From Bacteroidota bacterium (lineage in GTDB: Bacteria; Bacteroidota; Ignavibacteria; OLB7), in the NCBI GenBank assembly GCA_048498995.1, contig JBEHWX010000013.1, positions 19,437-83,436 on the forward strand: a stretch of DNA of 64,000 nucleotides, read 5' to 3'. The notes beneath the pieces were generated by a model that ran no database searches, was not told the DNA's origin, and saw nothing but the letters and a program-made list of their open reading frames with translations. The position numbers and the translations under genes were made by a program. Numbering within the stretch: position 1 is the stretch's first letter; every line of letters starts with the position of its first letter. This document shows positions 62,796 to 64,000 of the stretch, piece by piece.

Positions 62796-63890
62796 TCAGT
62801 GCGCGGCCGCGTGCTCGGTGGCGCCGACGCCGTGCGGCTCGTGGCCGTGGTCGTCGTGCGAGGCCATGCCGATGCCGGTGAACACCGCGGTCAGCATCGT
62901 GAAGATGTAGGCCTGCAGGAACACCACCAGAAGCTCGAGGATGTTGATGAAGAGCGAGAAGCCGATCGTCACCGGGATGAAGACGCCGGAGACGAAGACC
63001 AGGCCGATGAGCGACAGCAGGATCACGTGGCCGGCGGTCATGTTGGCGAAGAGTCGGACGCAGAGCGCGAACGGCTTGGTGAACAAGCCGAGCACCTCGA
63101 CCGGAACCATGATCGGCCAGAGCCAGACCGGCACGCCGCCGGTCAGATGCTTGAGCCAGCCGCCGAGGCCGTTCTTGAAGATCGCCGCCAGCTGGATCAC
63201 GAAGAAGGCCACGATCGCAAGGCCGGCCGTCACGTTCAGGCTGCCGGTGGCGGTGTGCCCGCCCGGCACCAGGCCGACCACGTTCATCGTGAAGATGAAG
63301 AAGAAGAAGGTGAGGAAGATCGGCATCATCTTCTTGCCTTCCTCGCCGGTGTTCGGCAGCACGATCTCGTCGCGCACGTAGACCACCAGCGCCTCCATGG
63401 CGTTGAAGAATCCGCGCGACGGACGCACGCCGGACTTCTTGTACTTCCGCCCCATCGGGAACAGGATCACCAGCAGCAGAAGCATCGCGATCCACTGGAA
63501 GAAGACCAGGCTGGTCACCGACATATCGAACGACGGAGCCTGCTCGGTGCCGGCGCGGACGATATGGTGATGCTTGTACTCGAACAGCCCCCCCTCCTGC
63601 ATCTTCTCGACACTCGGGTAGACATGCAGGCCGTTGTCGATCAGGATCACCGGAAGGTCGAACAGATGATGCGGACCGAAAGAGATCTCGCGATGATCGC
63701 CGAGCTCCGACAGAAGCGTGGTGAACGGCGATTCCTTGGCCGCGCCATGCTCCGCGCTCTCGGCGTGTCCGGCCTCGGCGTGTCCGGCTTCGGTCTTGGT
63801 CGCTCCGCCGCCATGCTCCGCTCCGCCGGCATGCTCCGTGGAAGGATGCTCGGCCTGAGCAATCAGTTGATCGTGCCTGGGATCGTTCAT
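62796..63890 (-). CDS. atpB: F0F1 ATP synthase subunit a (long N-terminal extension, His-rich termini)
   Basis: C-terminal core with the conserved R-containing helix (LCVRLFANMTAGHVIL) and 5-6 TM. About 110-aa N-terminal extension. His-rich N- and C-termini. Confidence 0.85.
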   Translation of the reverse strand: MNDPRHDQLIAQAEHPSTEHAGGAEHGGGATKTEAGHAEAGHAESAEHGAAKESPFTTLLSELGDHREISFGPHHLFDLPVILIDNGLHVYPSVEKMQEGGLFEYKHHHIVRAGTEQAPSFDMSVTSLVFFQWIAMLLLLVILFPMGRKYKKSGVRPSRGFFNAMEALVVYVRDEIVLPNTGEEGKKMMPIFLTFFFFIFTMNVVGLVPGGHTATGSLNVTAGLAIVAFFVIQLAAIFKNGLGGWLKHLTGGVPVWLWPIMVPVEVLGLFTKPFALCVRLFANMTAGHVILLSLIGLVFVSGVFIPVTIGFSLFINILELLVVFLQAYIFTMLTAVFTGIGMASHDDHGHEPHGVGATEHAAAH

Positions 63891-63904
63891 GGGTTCTTCA
63901 CCTG

Positions 63905-64000
63905 TTAGAGGGATTGGGCGAACGCGACGTTCTCGTCACCGTCATGCTCCTCGTCCTCGCGCGGAAGCATCACCTTCCGGCCGGCAAGCACGCGCAGGGC
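63905..64000 (-). CDS. 3' end of an upstream gene (partial; possibly atpI/atpZ-like or unrelated)
   Basis: Minus frame ...ALRVLAGRKVMLPREDEEHDGDENVAFAQSL* with TAA at 63905-63907. Only 31 codons are in the window; identity cannot be assigned. Confidence 0.3.
   Translation of the reverse strand, partial: ALRVLAGRKVMLPREDEEHDGDENVAFAQSL

Overview
This 64 kb, very GC-rich (~70%) bacterial chromosomal window is densely coding. From start to end it holds: a partial DUF4062 gene and a TPR/LuxR regulator; a porin gene followed by a complete kdpFABCDE potassium-uptake locus; two hypothetical genes; inorganic pyrophosphatase and a glutamine amidotransferase; a long minus-strand lipid A and outer-membrane biogenesis cluster (lpxK, DUF374 acyltransferase, lpxB, lpxA, fused lpxC-fabZ, lpxD, two skp/ompH, bamA, uppS); a DUF1800/DUF1501 pair; tRNA-Leu(UAA) and rpsA; a membrane tetraheme cytochrome c overlapping murI; a sigma-54 two-component pair; purL, accC, mutS2, yqeY and a BtuF-like binding protein; a ~9 kb accessory array of secreted proteins (below); an MFS transporter; and atpBEFHAG, which lacks atpD and atpC. 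The LpxC-FabZ fusion, the split atp operon and the T9SS-type C-terminal sorting domains suggest a Gemmatimonadota- or Bacteroidota-like diderm; this is an inference. The most unusual part is 47.9-57.0 kb. It holds six paralogous secreted proteins with T9SS-type C-terminal domains: four BNR/Asp-box beta-propeller proteins of two subtypes and two members of an unrecognised cysteine-rich family. They sit in two duplicated modules. Each module has a near-identical ~230 bp leader and promoter upstream of its Cys-rich gene, and ends in a conserved 73 bp repeat plus a strong hairpin terminator. One boundary carries a transposase-like N-terminal fragment, and the 3' ends of the propeller genes show signs of recent gene conversion. 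Many ORF-track entries are antisense or GC-frame artefacts and were discarded. No CRISPR array or rRNA is present.
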